DNA from: Acidobacteriota bacterium
Lineage (GTDB): Bacteria > Acidobacteriota > Aminicenantia > Aminicenantales > Saccharicenantaceae
Assembly (NCBI GenBank): GCA_028749115.1
Contig: JAQURD010000010.1
Location: forward strand, 7,596-71,595
Length of the DNA: 64,000 nucleotides
Direction of reading: 5' to 3'
A program made the translations under genes and the position numbers. The notes beneath the pieces were generated by a model. The model saw nothing but the letters and a program-made list of their open reading frames with translations. It made no database searches and was not told the DNA's origin. Positions within the stretch are counted from its first letter, which is position 1. Every line of letters begins with the position of its first letter. Below, in pieces: positions 10,701 through 19,780 of the stretch.

Positions 10701-13700
10701 GGAGAACAGACCTCCGGGTCGGCTTAAAAGGCAGCCTGCAACAGCCGGTGATTGACGGGCAGGTGGAGCTTCAACAGGTATTCTTACGCCTTCAGGATTT
10801 ACCACTGGTGGTCAGCGGAGTTCAAGGCCGGGTGACCATAGACAATTCACAATTAAAAGTTGATAAGCTGACGGGCGAAGCAAATTCAGGCAGGTTTACC
10901 GCTTCGGGCCAGGCGGATATTGGACCGTCTTTTTCTATTCCTGGAGCCAGACTGGACTTTAAGCTGTATGATTTTGATCTTAATTATCCTCCCGGGCTGA
11001 ACAGCCTGTCCAGGGCCAACCTGAGCCTGACTAAAAGGGAGAACCGCTGGCTTGCGTCGGGCAGCCTGACGGTGGTTAATGCCAGTTATCTTCAGGATTT
11101 TTATCCCAGTACTCAGGGATTAAAAATGGTTTTTACTCCGGTTTCACCTGCCGGTAGTGAACTGCCTCCTTTTCTTTATGATCTGGCTCTGGATGTTAAT
11201 CTCAGGACTATTAATAACATCATTGTCAAAAATAACCTGGCGGATCTCGAGCTCAAAGCCAATTTGAATTTAAAAGGAACGGTTCCTGCTCCAGTTCTGT
11301 CTGGCCGGGCTGAGAATGCTTATCCTGGCGAAATTATTATTGGTGATAGAAAATATACGGTCGAAAGGCTGCGGGTTGATTTTCTTGGCCGTGAGGATCT
11401 GGAGCCTAATCTGGACATTCTTCTCAAGAGTACGGTTTATGATCAGCAGGAAGAGCTGGAGGTTAGCCTGGTTCTGGCTGGAACTCCTTCAGATTTAAAA
11501 TTTTCGCTGACTTCCAATCCGTCCAGATCAACTGAAGATTTGGCTTCGCTGCTTCTTACCGGCAAAAGCTTAAAGGAGGTACAGGGCTCAGCTCTCAATA
11601 CCATTAGCGGCCAGCTCGTCCAGTTTTTCTCGAGCCCTCTGACTTCACCTGTAACCAAGACTCTTGAGAAGTGGCTCAAAGCGGAAGATGTTGTTCTGGA
11701 GCCATTGAATATTGCCACTTTGCAGGATCCAGGTGCCCGGCTGACTATCAAGAAAAGAATGACCAGAGAGGCGGCTATAACTTATTCGATCGATCTAACT
11801 AACAGCCAGAATCAAACCTGGATTTTTGATTACCAGTTGAAGCGCAATTTTTCCTTAAGAGGATTTCGCCAGGATAATGGTGTGGTTGGGGCCAACCTCA
11901 GACATAGAATTCCGATTGGAGGTAAATCCGGTAGGAAATCGTCGAGGCCAGCTACTGCCGGGAAAAAGCTGGAAAGAATAGAAATTACTGGTGATACTGC
12001 CTTTCCGCCGGACCACCTGGAAAAAGTGCTTAAATTAAAGGCCGGGAAAAAATATAATTCTTCAGACCGGGCAAAAGCTCTCAGCCGGCTGGATGCTTTC
12101 TACCGGAAAAAAGGCTATGTCAATTATAAAGTAACCACTGAGTCAGAATCTACTGACCAGGAGACTGATATCATCAAATTAAACATTCAGGCCAATCAAC
12201 CAGTTAATTTTAAATTCGGTGGTGATAAAATATCGAGAAAAATTAGAAAGAAGGTTTTAAACTCCTGGGTAAGCCGGCTGCCAGAAGAAGCCAACCTTTA
12301 TCAGCTTCGGTCAAATCTCTTAGGGGAATTAAACCGTCAGGAGTTTTACCGGGCTGAAGTCCAGATCAGCAAAAATCAAAAAATTGACAGCACTGAATAT
12401 GTCATTGATATCAAGAAAAATGGCAGGTGGAAAATAGCCTCATTCGAGCTTGAGGGCCAGCCTGTCTTTGATCCCTCTCTCCTGAAACGGGTCTTTGCTA
12501 ATTATTTTGGAGCTAAAGCTAGAGGCATATGGAACCTGGTTTATGACCGAAGGGTAGCCATTGAGCTTCTTCAGTACTTTTACCTGGAAAACGGCTATTT
12601 GAAGGCCAGGATAGGCAATCCCGTTATCGAAGAAAATGAAGCAAAAAGGCTTTTATCTATTAGATTAAAAATTGAAGCCGGGGCTCAAAGCCGGGTAGCT
12701 TCCCTGGACATGGCCGGCAATAGTTATTTTAAAGAGGACGAGTTACTGCCTGATCTGGAGTTAAAACCAGGCAGTATCTTTAGCTGGCCAGCTTTAAGCC
12801 AGTCCCGGGTGACTATCATTAATAAATACCGCGGAGCTGGTTTCAAAGAGGTCACCGTTGAAGCCAGGGCAGAGGCCAGAAAAGACAGCCCCGATTATGA
12901 AGTAAATTTCGTCATCAATGAAGGCCAGATATATAGAATTTCACAGATTGAAATAGCCGGTTCCAGACGGACAAAGCCAGCTTTCATCTTGAAGGCTGCC
13001 GGTCTTAGAACGGGTGAAGCGCTCAGCCTGGAAAGGCTGGCTGAGGCCCAGAAAAATTTATATGACACCTCTGTCTTCCAGGCAGTTAACGTCAGTTCGA
13101 CACCAGAGGAGGAGAAAAATTATCAAGAAAAAGTGACCCTGAGGCTCAGAGAAGCTCCCTGGCTAAGCTTGACTTATGGCCTTCAATATAATTCTGAAAC
13201 CTATTTTGAGGGCTTTGGCCAGGTTGATATTAATAACCTTTTCGGCCGCGGCTGGAACAGCCTCATTTATTTCAGGGCTAACTCCAGACTGCAGGAAGCC
13301 AGATTTTCTTTGAAGGTGCCCTACACCTTTTCCAGAAAGACTGATTTTCTGCTGTCCACTTATTATTCAAAATATACCAAAGACCTGTATATAACTGAGG
13401 AAATTGGAGCCAGTTTACAGCAGAAAATTATGATGATTAAAGGTTTTGACCTCAGTTGGGTTTACAAATTATCAAAAATACATGATTACGAAAAAGAACC
13501 AAGTTGGCCGTTTCCTTATGATGTGAAAGTGACCAGTTCTGAACTATCTCTTTTGCTTGGCCGGGATACCAGAGATGACCGCTTTGACCCGCACGGTGGC
13601 TCCCTGCTGTCAGTCAGTTTGAGTTATTCCCCCCGGTTTCTTGGCTCGACCCTTTCTTATTTTCGCTCTTTTTCTCAATATACCATGTACAGAGATATCT

Positions 13701-14128
13701 GGCCGGACTTTATCTGGGCTTCCTGCTACCGGCTGGGTTTAGCCAGTGCTTTTGGCGACACCTTGATTCCCAGCAAAAGATTTTTTGCTGGTGGTGGAAC
13801 AAGTATCAGGGGTTTCAAGCTGGATGCCGTTGGGCCACTCGATTTCTGGACAGGCCTGCCAGCTGGCGGGGAAGCTACTATTATCATTAACCAGGAATTG
13901 CGCTTCCCGATTTATAAAATGTTTCGCGGTGTGATTTTTCTTGATGCTGGCAATGTCTATTCAACTCTCCGGGATTTTAATCCACTTCGGCTGAGGACTG
14001 GAGCCGGACTCGGGTTGAGAATAAACACTCCGGTTGGTCTTCTCCGGGTTGATTATGGCTTCAATCTGAAACCGAGATCAGGAGAACCTCGTACTACTAT
14101 CTTCTTCAGTCTGGGGCAGGCTTTTTAA
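7784..14128 (+). CDS. TamB/AsmA-like translocation-assembly protein fused to POTRA plus Omp85 (TamA/BamA-like) beta-barrel, 2114 aa
   Basis: N-terminal signal-anchor helix (WLRVTVWLAGGIVALIILLTLL). Long repetitive beta-rich region with a DUF490-like segment (...GDRKYTVERLRVDFLGREDLEPNLDILLKSTVYDQQEELEVSLVLAGTPSDLKFSLTSNP...). Basic Gly-rich linker. POTRA domains (LERIEITGDTAFPPDHLEKVLKLKAGKKYN...). Omp85 barrel motifs RFFAGGGTSIRGF, FLDAGNVY, GLGLRINTPVGLLRVDYGFNL, with C-terminal ...SLGQAF. Confidence 0.8.
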   Translation: MERGKENEKKGKRRRWLRVTVWLAGGIVALIILLTLLASTPPGSRLILNQTGKWLKDKTGYQLEAGGLRLNLFRLKASLSGLRLESVTPGQLPSGSLTCDRLSLQVAWSTLTGGSIRIKNLEIKKPVAYLRPAAKSSEAKSPEEAPLSTSHEAAKPLAFRLDHFLLEDGEFSYKDKPGRLTMSLSDLQAAIKFDEAGNSHLAEIQTGQGSFVFGGRQVNLDSLKLKASLTDDKIKIENLNIKAIGSEFFISGEINDYLNKPDLALLSSGKINLSEVSALIGPPDSFSGLVGWKLKAHGSIDWPLISGEITGQNLKVMNLTSVELKADLEPESDSSTRIKAGINLTPGSMAIEAMIPRALKGDFTGRVDFSQLPLNDIFAFLPDLPVASDSLLNGYVELSGQNLNLQEIKAQSQLSLQAGKGENETKPGSRPLVPLSGKVIASLDKGEIIISELNLQTLDTSLSLEGRATEKKHISGRLRLKVDDLNRMINSLKSSGLEQSLPELGASLKSLPELKGSLGLEARVSGSFSRPELELNLGVENLSLNNLTVPGIKIKADGNLNGVNLRQFEVVFRDGQMTASGRLARNSGRSVSPFSLNGQVELNKIDLSQIADFLGESYKNYMNGWLSGTVSASGPVNFLQSNFNLTVDHPQIQNLKIDLLQLRGEYINEEIKLEEMLLVWPGGQIAGRLGFRLATGEIMADLSGEKLKASYFSSLLPALSAGELDFKLTASGPYLAPIADLKIVGQGFMIGQFWFPYFELGVKSDGQKALANFSVPRFNLNLASQLELAQPYRLTGEMMIKDLALANLAGILPTVEEEVPEVAVTARLNFSLPLTRPEEVQAEFRFENFDFAGLSAFLPALKDMNPGGGANGSIRLNGFSPDLAATSLDLEIPELNLTLNNIPVKSDGSLSLHVKDRVLEIDSFTLLAPHSRIELSGRSEIKELNNPGLDFSLIGQLGMEDINPLLSGMSAGGRTDLRVGLKGSLQQPVIDGQVELQQVFLRLQDLPLVVSGVQGRVTIDNSQLKVDKLTGEANSGRFTASGQADIGPSFSIPGARLDFKLYDFDLNYPPGLNSLSRANLSLTKRENRWLASGSLTVVNASYLQDFYPSTQGLKMVFTPVSPAGSELPPFLYDLALDVNLRTINNIIVKNNLADLELKANLNLKGTVPAPVLSGRAENAYPGEIIIGDRKYTVERLRVDFLGREDLEPNLDILLKSTVYDQQEELEVSLVLAGTPSDLKFSLTSNPSRSTEDLASLLLTGKSLKEVQGSALNTISGQLVQFFSSPLTSPVTKTLEKWLKAEDVVLEPLNIATLQDPGARLTIKKRMTREAAITYSIDLTNSQNQTWIFDYQLKRNFSLRGFRQDNGVVGANLRHRIPIGGKSGRKSSRPATAGKKLERIEITGDTAFPPDHLEKVLKLKAGKKYNSSDRAKALSRLDAFYRKKGYVNYKVTTESESTDQETDIIKLNIQANQPVNFKFGGDKISRKIRKKVLNSWVSRLPEEANLYQLRSNLLGELNRQEFYRAEVQISKNQKIDSTEYVIDIKKNGRWKIASFELEGQPVFDPSLLKRVFANYFGAKARGIWNLVYDRRVAIELLQYFYLENGYLKARIGNPVIEENEAKRLLSIRLKIEAGAQSRVASLDMAGNSYFKEDELLPDLELKPGSIFSWPALSQSRVTIINKYRGAGFKEVTVEARAEARKDSPDYEVNFVINEGQIYRISQIEIAGSRRTKPAFILKAAGLRTGEALSLERLAEAQKNLYDTSVFQAVNVSSTPEEEKNYQEKVTLRLREAPWLSLTYGLQYNSETYFEGFGQVDINNLFGRGWNSLIYFRANSRLQEARFSLKVPYTFSRKTDFLLSTYYSKYTKDLYITEEIGASLQQKIMMIKGFDLSWVYKLSKIHDYEKEPSWPFPYDVKVTSSELSLLLGRDTRDDRFDPHGGSLLSVSLSYSPRFLGSTLSYFRSFSQYTMYRDIWPDFIWASCYRLGLASAFGDTLIPSKRFFAGGGTSIRGFKLDAVGPLDFWTGLPAGGEATIIINQELRFPIYKMFRGVIFLDAGNVYSTLRDFNPLRLRTGAGLGLRINTPVGLLRVDYGFNLKPRSGEPRTTIFFSLGQAF

Positions 14129-14134
14129 GGTTTT

Positions 14135-14782
14135 TCAACCAATCTTGCTGAGCAGGCTTTTAACCTGAGCTGCTTCGGGTGCATTGGGAGCCAGCTGGAC
14201 AAAGTTGTTGAAGTGGACAATCATCAAGTCCTTCCGGCCTTTCTGGTTATAAGCCAGCGCTAACTGATAATGGCCATAAGCGTGAGTGCCTCTAAGCTGC
14301 AGGCATTTTTCCAGGTCAGCAATGGCCAGGTCAAGTTTCTTCTGGTAGCCGCGGAGGAGCCCCCGGTGAAAATAGGCCTCAGCGCAGTTCGGGTCTTTTT
14401 GAATAGCCAGATTGAGCTGGGTTTCAGCACTGGCATAATTAGACTTTCTTATATAATACTGTCCTTTACCGATATAACCATAGGGAGAATTGGGATCGCT
14501 CTGCACAATCTTATTAAAATAAGTCAGGGCTGCTTCAGGATTGTTCTTCTTGATTAAAACTGAACCGAGATAATAGTAAAGATCGTTATTGACATAATTT
14601 TCGGTAATGAGTTTATCAAAGATAGCCTTTGCCTGATCTGTCTGTCCGCCTTCAAAAAGGGCGATGCCAGATTTTAGCCTGTCTAATTGGCTGGTCTGAG
14701 CAACAGCCATTTGACCCAGGAAGAAAATAGCCAGGATGAAAACAAAAAGTCTTAAATAAGCAGCCTCATTTGTTTTCTTCAT
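14135..14782 (-). CDS. TPR-repeat secreted/lipoprotein-like protein
   Basis: Signal peptide; multiple 34-aa TPR-like repeats (AxxYxxxG patterns). Confidence 0.7.
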   Translation of the reverse strand: MKKTNEAAYLRLFVFILAIFFLGQMAVAQTSQLDRLKSGIALFEGGQTDQAKAIFDKLITENYVNNDLYYYLGSVLIKKNNPEAALTYFNKIVQSDPNSPYGYIGKGQYYIRKSNYASAETQLNLAIQKDPNCAEAYFHRGLLRGYQKKLDLAIADLEKCLQLRGTHAYGHYQLALAYNQKGRKDLMIVHFNNFVQLAPNAPEAAQVKSLLSKIG

Positions 14783-15012
14783 TGATTCCTCCTATTTAAT
14801 CTCTAATCTTAAGATAAGCAGAATTATCTTCAATCAGACTTATATTACTTATATCACAATTGCAATCATTGGAGCAAATCCAGTCAGTCGGCGATTAAAA
14901 AGTAAGCGGTAGCTCAAAATACCTCGTAAGAAGCAGGTCATTGACAGGTTGTCTTTTAAGCATGTAAACTAATTATAGTCAATGAAGACGGGTTAAAATG
15001 AGGAGGGAAAAA

Positions 15013-15219
15013 ATGACCGGAAAAAAGAAAAAGACACCAGCCAGAAATCAGGCAACTGCCAAAAAGTCTGTGACTAAAAAGGCGGCCGCTTATAAAAAGG
15101 GCTTCGAATGCAAAGCCTGTGGCTACCGGCTGGTCATCGACAGAGATTGTAATTGCGGTGAAGAACACGTTATTCTTTGCTGCGGTCAGCCGATGAAAAA
15201 TGTGAAAATCGCCAGGTAA
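15013..15219 (+). CDS. small Lys-rich / Cys-cluster protein (zinc-ribbon-like), likely starts at ATG 15013
   Basis: SD AGGAGGG sits 7 nt upstream of ATG 15013 (the track start 14998 lies inside the SD region). Lys-rich N-terminus MTGKKKKTPARNQATAKKSVTKK; Cys cluster CKACGY...CNCGEEHVILCCGQ. Located upstream of the CDF transporter on the same strand. Confidence 0.5.
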   Translation: MTGKKKKTPARNQATAKKSVTKKAAAYKKGFECKACGYRLVIDRDCNCGEEHVILCCGQPMKNVKIAR

Positions 15220-15298
15220 TTGTTTTATCTGCTAGCAGAAAGCTAGCCTGGTTGGTCAGGTAGCTTTCTTTTCTAAGTAATCTTGTGCGGAGGAAAGG

Positions 15299-16192
15299 GT
15301 GAGTGTAGATGTTTTTCAAAAAAAGAAACTAGGTTACGTCGAAGGCTATATTTCTATTTTCCTTAATATCGCGCTTTTTATTCTAAAATTTATAGTCGGT
15401 CAGAGAGTCGGTTCAGTGGCCATGATGGCTGATGCCTGGCATACGCTGTCAGATACGCTGACCTCAATGGTGGTCATTGTTGGTTTCTGGCTGGCTTCCA
15501 GGCCGGCTGATAAAGAGCATGTTTTTGGCCACGGTAAAGCTGAATCTGTAGCTTCCATTGTTATTGCTACCCTGTTAGGCGTCGTCGGCGGTTATTTCTG
15601 TTACGAATCTGTCTTTAAATTAATTCATCGCCAGGCGATGAGCTTCAGCCTGCTGGCCATTGCAGTCTTTGCTATCTCGGCTGTTCTTAAGGAGGCACTG
15701 GCTCAGTTTGCTTTCTGGGCAGGGAAAAAGGTTGATTCCTCTTCCCTCCGGGCAGACGGCTGGCATCACCGGAGCGATGCCGTGGCTTCTCTTATAATCG
15801 TGGTTGGTGCCCTTTTCGGCCAGAGGTTCTGGTGGCTGGATGGGGTTCTGGGGATAGGGGTTTCCCTTTTGATACTGAATGCGGGCTTTACCATCATCCG
15901 GAATTCAGCCAGCTATTTAATTGGTGAAAGCCCGTCTGATGATGTGGTGAAACGTGTTAAGGCCTTAGTTGAGGCAGAATTTCCTCAACTCGAGGGTATT
16001 CATCATCTCCATGTCCATAGTTACGGTGAACATAGTGAGGTGACGGCTCATCTTAAAGTGCCTGGGGCCATGCGTGTGGATCAGGCTCATGCTATGGCGA
16101 CCAAAGTCGAAGAAATGATGAAAAAAGAATTCGAAGGGGATGTAACCATTCATGTCGAACCAGAAAAACATGGTCAGGACGGAAACGACTGA
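15299..16192 (+). CDS. cation diffusion facilitator (CDF) family metal efflux transporter
   Basis: Six TM helices, HTLSDTL signature, His-rich C-terminal cytoplasmic domain. Confidence 0.85.
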   Translation: MSVDVFQKKKLGYVEGYISIFLNIALFILKFIVGQRVGSVAMMADAWHTLSDTLTSMVVIVGFWLASRPADKEHVFGHGKAESVASIVIATLLGVVGGYFCYESVFKLIHRQAMSFSLLAIAVFAISAVLKEALAQFAFWAGKKVDSSSLRADGWHHRSDAVASLIIVVGALFGQRFWWLDGVLGIGVSLLILNAGFTIIRNSASYLIGESPSDDVVKRVKALVEAEFPQLEGIHHLHVHSYGEHSEVTAHLKVPGAMRVDQAHAMATKVEEMMKKEFEGDVTIHVEPEKHGQDGND

Positions 16193-16982
16193 ACGCCGGA
16201 CTGGTGATTATTTTAAGTTTTTAGGGACAGGCGGTGCGCGGTTTGTTGTGGCCAAACAACTCCGGGCCTCGGGCGGCATTTATCTAAATTTTGCCGGCAA
16301 AAAAATGATATTTGATCCCGGGCCGGGGGCCCTGGTCAGACTGGTTCGCAGCCGTCCGCCGATCGACCCCACTACCCTGGAAGCTCTTTTCCTCACCCAC
16401 AAGCATATTGACCACTCAAATGATGTCAATATACTAATTGAGGCTATAACTTCCGGCGGGCTGAAAAGGAGAGGAGTGCTGTTTGCTCCTGAAGAATGCC
16501 TGGAGGGAAAAGAGGCGGTGATCCTTAATTACCTCAAAGGTTATCTGGAGCGGATTGAAATTCTCCAGGCTGAAAAGGAATACCGGCTGGGAGAGGTTAA
16601 ATTTAAAACGTCAGTGGCACATCATCATGAAGCCGAAACCTATGGCTTAAAATTTTATCTGCCAGCGGGAACAGTTGGATTTTTAACTGATACAAAATTT
16701 TTCCCTGGCTTGATCGAAGCCTATGGCGATGTTGATTTTCTGGTTATTAATCTTGTCAGGATAAAAGCTCAGGAAGATGATCATATCCTGCACATGGGGG
16801 CTGATGAGGCAGCTGAGATTATCAGTGATATAAAGCCCAGGCGAGCTTATTTGACTCACTTCGGGATGACCATGCTCAGGGCTGATCCGGGGAAAGTGGC
16901 TGAAAGGCTGAGTGAGATCACAGGTGTTGAAGTTAGAGCTGCTTATGATGGGCTGACGGTTGAGGTTCAACCGGATCATTAA
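16152..16982 (+). CDS. MBL-fold metallo-hydrolase (true start probably internal, near 16170)
   Basis: FLGTGGA N-terminal motif and HxHxDH motif (THKHIDHSND). Overlaps the 3' end of the CDF gene by 23-41 nt. Confidence 0.8.
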   Translation: MSNQKNMVRTETTERRTGDYFKFLGTGGARFVVAKQLRASGGIYLNFAGKKMIFDPGPGALVRLVRSRPPIDPTTLEALFLTHKHIDHSNDVNILIEAITSGGLKRRGVLFAPEECLEGKEAVILNYLKGYLERIEILQAEKEYRLGEVKFKTSVAHHHEAETYGLKFYLPAGTVGFLTDTKFFPGLIEAYGDVDFLVINLVRIKAQEDDHILHMGADEAAEIISDIKPRRAYLTHFGMTMLRADPGKVAERLSEITGVEVRAAYDGLTVEVQPDH

Positions 16983-17098
16983 AGCTTGCCTAATTCCTAC
17001 TAAAATGGTAGTATATAGATTGAAACTGAAGGCTAAATAGTTTAAACTAATAAAAGCTCAAGGCATAAACACTGCTTTGAGATTAAGGAGAGAGAACG

Positions 17099-17317
17099 AT
17101 GAAAGAAAAAGTTGAGGAAGTACTTAACAAGATAAGACCGTCTCTTCAAGCTGATGGCGGGGATGTTGAACTGGTAGATGTGGTTGATGGCGTAGTCTCT
17201 GTTCGTCTGGTCGGAGTCTGCGGCGGCTGCCCCATGTCCCAGATGACTCTGAAGATGGGTATTGAGCGGTTGCTCAAAAAAGAAATTCCAGAAATTAAGA
17301 GTGTGGTTTCGGTCTAA
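17099..17317 (+). CDS. NifU-like Fe-S cluster assembly domain protein (Nfu)
   Basis: GGDVELVDV...VRLVGVCGGCPMSQMTLKMGIE, a classic NifU C-terminal domain with a CxxC motif. Confidence 0.8.
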   Translation: MKEKVEEVLNKIRPSLQADGGDVELVDVVDGVVSVRLVGVCGGCPMSQMTLKMGIERLLKKEIPEIKSVVSV

Positions 17318-17431
17318 TGGTGGCTGCTTTCTGGCCGTTTGCAGCCTTATTTTTAACAAGGCTGAAAAGAGGAAGAAAGAAGCAGCAGGCTGTTTAAAAG
17401 CCTGTTCTGGCCAGAGGGCAGGAAGATTTTA

Positions 17432-18355
17432 ATGCCGGTAAACCATGTGGGACAAGATCAATTGAAAAAAAAGATTGAAGACCTGAAACAAGCGAAACAG
17501 GCGATTATTTTTGCCCATAATTACCAGCCAGCTGAGATTCAGGACATAGCTGATGTGGTTGGTGATTCCTTAGAGCTAAGCCGCCTGGCGGCTCAGGTCA
17601 AGGCCAGGATGATTATTTTCGCTGGTGTTTATTTTATGGCCGAAACCGCCAAAATTCTCGCTCCTGATAAAAAGGTTATCTTGCCTGAACCAGAAGCTGG
17701 CTGTCCCCTGGCTGACATGGCCAACCGGCCTGACCTGTGTGAGATGAAGAAAAAATTCCCTGGACGGAAAGTGATATCTTATGTCAATACGACAGCCGGA
17801 GTAAAAGCAGAGACAGATATCTGCTGTACATCAGCCAATGCGGTCAAACTGGTTAGTTGTCTGCCTGATGAAGAAATAATATTTGTGCCCGACCGCAACT
17901 TAGCCAGTTATGTCAGATTAAAAACTGGTAAGCGCCTTATCGCCTGGAATGGCTATTGCCCGGTTCATGAAGAGATTAGAGTTACTCATCTTCTGGAAGC
18001 GAAGACGTCTCATCCCGAAGCAGAAATCTGGGCCCATCCTGAATGCCGGCCTGAAGTCCTGGAAAAGGCAGACCGGATTCTGTCCACCGGACAGATGATG
18101 AAAGAAGCCAGGCTAACGGCTGCCCGGGAAATCATTGTGGCTACCGAAACAGGACTTCTACACCGGCTAAGCCAGGAAAATCCCGGCAAAAAATTTTATC
18201 CAGCCAGGGCAGAAGCCATCTGCCAGGAGATGAAAAAAATCAGTCCGGAGAAAGTTTACCGGGCTTTGCTGGAGGAAAAGACAGAAGTTGTAGTTGATGA
18301 AGAGGTGGCAGCTAAAGCCAGGGCGGCCATTAACCGGATGATAGAGTTTGTCTGA
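17432..18355 (+). CDS. nadA: quinolinate synthase
   Basis: NadA-length protein with conserved FVPDRNLA and Cys/His-rich cluster regions. Confidence 0.9.
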   Translation: MPVNHVGQDQLKKKIEDLKQAKQAIIFAHNYQPAEIQDIADVVGDSLELSRLAAQVKARMIIFAGVYFMAETAKILAPDKKVILPEPEAGCPLADMANRPDLCEMKKKFPGRKVISYVNTTAGVKAETDICCTSANAVKLVSCLPDEEIIFVPDRNLASYVRLKTGKRLIAWNGYCPVHEEIRVTHLLEAKTSHPEAEIWAHPECRPEVLEKADRILSTGQMMKEARLTAAREIIVATETGLLHRLSQENPGKKFYPARAEAICQEMKKISPEKVYRALLEEKTEVVVDEEVAAKARAAINRMIEFV

Positions 18356-18441
18356 TGAAGCCAGACCAGGAGTAGCCCGCCATCTGACTAGATTTATCAA
18401 AAATAAACGTATGTAAATCTAAAGGAGGACAAGGAGAAGAA

Positions 18442-18945
18442 ATGAAAAAAATCACTGAAAATACTCTCAAAGAGGCTCTGTCCGGTGAAAGTCAGGCTCA
18501 TCTAAGATATAAGTTCTATGCTGAACAGGCCAGAAAAGAAAACTTGTCAAACATTGCCAGGCTGTTTGAAGCTGCTTCCTGGTCAGAGCAAGTTCATGCC
18601 ACTAACTATTTAAAAGTTCTCGACGGGGAAGGGAAGACGGCAGATAATCTGGATAAAGCTGTGCAGGGGGAAACTTTTGAAGTTGAAGAGATGTATCCGG
18701 CTTACTTAGCAATGGCTAAAGAACAGGGCGAAAATAAGGCGGCTACCTTCTATCAATTTGCCCTGGCAGCGGAGCAAGTTCATGCCAGCCTTTACAGCCG
18801 GGCAAAAGAAGCGGCGGCTCAGGGAAAAGATGTAGAACTTCCAGAGATTTATGTCTGCCCGGTATGTGGTTTTACTATGGAGGGCGAGTCGCCTGAACGC
18901 TGCCCGGTCTGTGGTGCCCCTAAAAATAAATTTGTAGCTTTTTGA
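18442..18945 (+). CDS. rbr: rubrerythrin
   Basis: N-terminal ferritin-like diiron four-helix motifs (E...ExxH twice) plus C-terminal rubredoxin-like CPVCG...CPVCG. Confidence 0.9.
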   Translation: MKKITENTLKEALSGESQAHLRYKFYAEQARKENLSNIARLFEAASWSEQVHATNYLKVLDGEGKTADNLDKAVQGETFEVEEMYPAYLAMAKEQGENKAATFYQFALAAEQVHASLYSRAKEAAAQGKDVELPEIYVCPVCGFTMEGESPERCPVCGAPKNKFVAF

Positions 18946-19246
18946 GAGCCTCTGGCTACAGGGATAGATAATTAACCTGAATTGCTCAAAATAAGATGGG
19001 CCAGTTTGCATTATCAGTCTGGATAAAGAAAACTACAGGACATAAAATCAGCACATAATACGTAATACGATTTTCTTAAATCGCTTATGTCTTACAACTT
19101 ACCCTTTGTCTCCCCTGATTTTTTCTCAATTATGATTAAAAATCCAGAGACAAACTTACCCTTCTTAATAATACAGGTTAAATTTTCTGTCTAAAAAATC
19201 AGGCTAAATCTTTAGAATTTCTTGGTGGTTTGTTCAGGCTTAGAAA

Positions 19247-19417
19247 CTAAAGGCCTTTAATGATTGAGGCTAGGCCCAGGATTATAAAGCCGACTAATAC
19301 CAGCCACCAGGAATTAGGTGTTAGAAAGGGAATGGCAACGAATTTCCCCACAACTCCGAGAAGGCCAATGATAATGGAGATCCACCAGACAAAAGACTTA
19401 GGAGCATTTGTTTTCAT
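19247..19417 (-). CDS. small membrane protein (56 aa, two TM segments), absent from the ORF track
   Basis: Minus-strand ORF MKTNAPKSFVWWISIIIGLLGVVGKFVAIPFLTPNSWWLVLVGFIILGLASIIKGL. Perfect SD AAAGGAGGT 8 nt upstream (revcomp of 19421-19430). Internal two-unit repeat (S-F/W-W then a hydrophobic helix). Confidence 0.5.
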   Translation of the reverse strand: MKTNAPKSFVWWISIIIGLLGVVGKFVAIPFLTPNSWWLVLVGFIILGLASIIKGL

Positions 19418-19780
19418 AGATAAACCTCCTTTAATTTTTTTATATCTACCAAATTATACCCTTCTTCGTTAAAATTCTACCTAATAGCCATCAATGGGTC
19501 AAGTATTTTTTTTAAGCTTGTTGCCGGGCTGTCAGATTAATAAAAATGCCCAATACTAATCCCTGTCCCTGCCAGAAAATCAAATCCTGTTCTTCTCTCC
19601 CTTCCCCCCCTGGGTTACTGCTCTTAAGAAAGTTCTAAAGCCAATGGGTGTAAAATACTGGATATTATATTTCTTCCGGAAGCGACATGACTCTGGCTTC
19701 AGGAACCGGCCAGGTTACATTTGCCTGTTATCTGGCTTTTTTTAGGTGAGAAAAGCTGATAAAATACAAAGGGAGTTAAA

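Noticed and set aside
10303-11751. Several minus-strand and short plus-strand ORFs (10303..10497, 11316..11498, 11443..11751) inside the TamB-Omp85 gene
   Set aside because: They are fully embedded in a 2114-aa ORF with clear domain homology, have no RBS, and show Ser/Arg/Pro-rich antisense-type composition.
19260-19472. Plus-strand 70-aa ORF listed in the track
   Set aside because: It has no SD and an odd composition. The opposite strand carries a 56-aa membrane protein with a perfect SD, so the plus ORF is most likely its antisense shadow.
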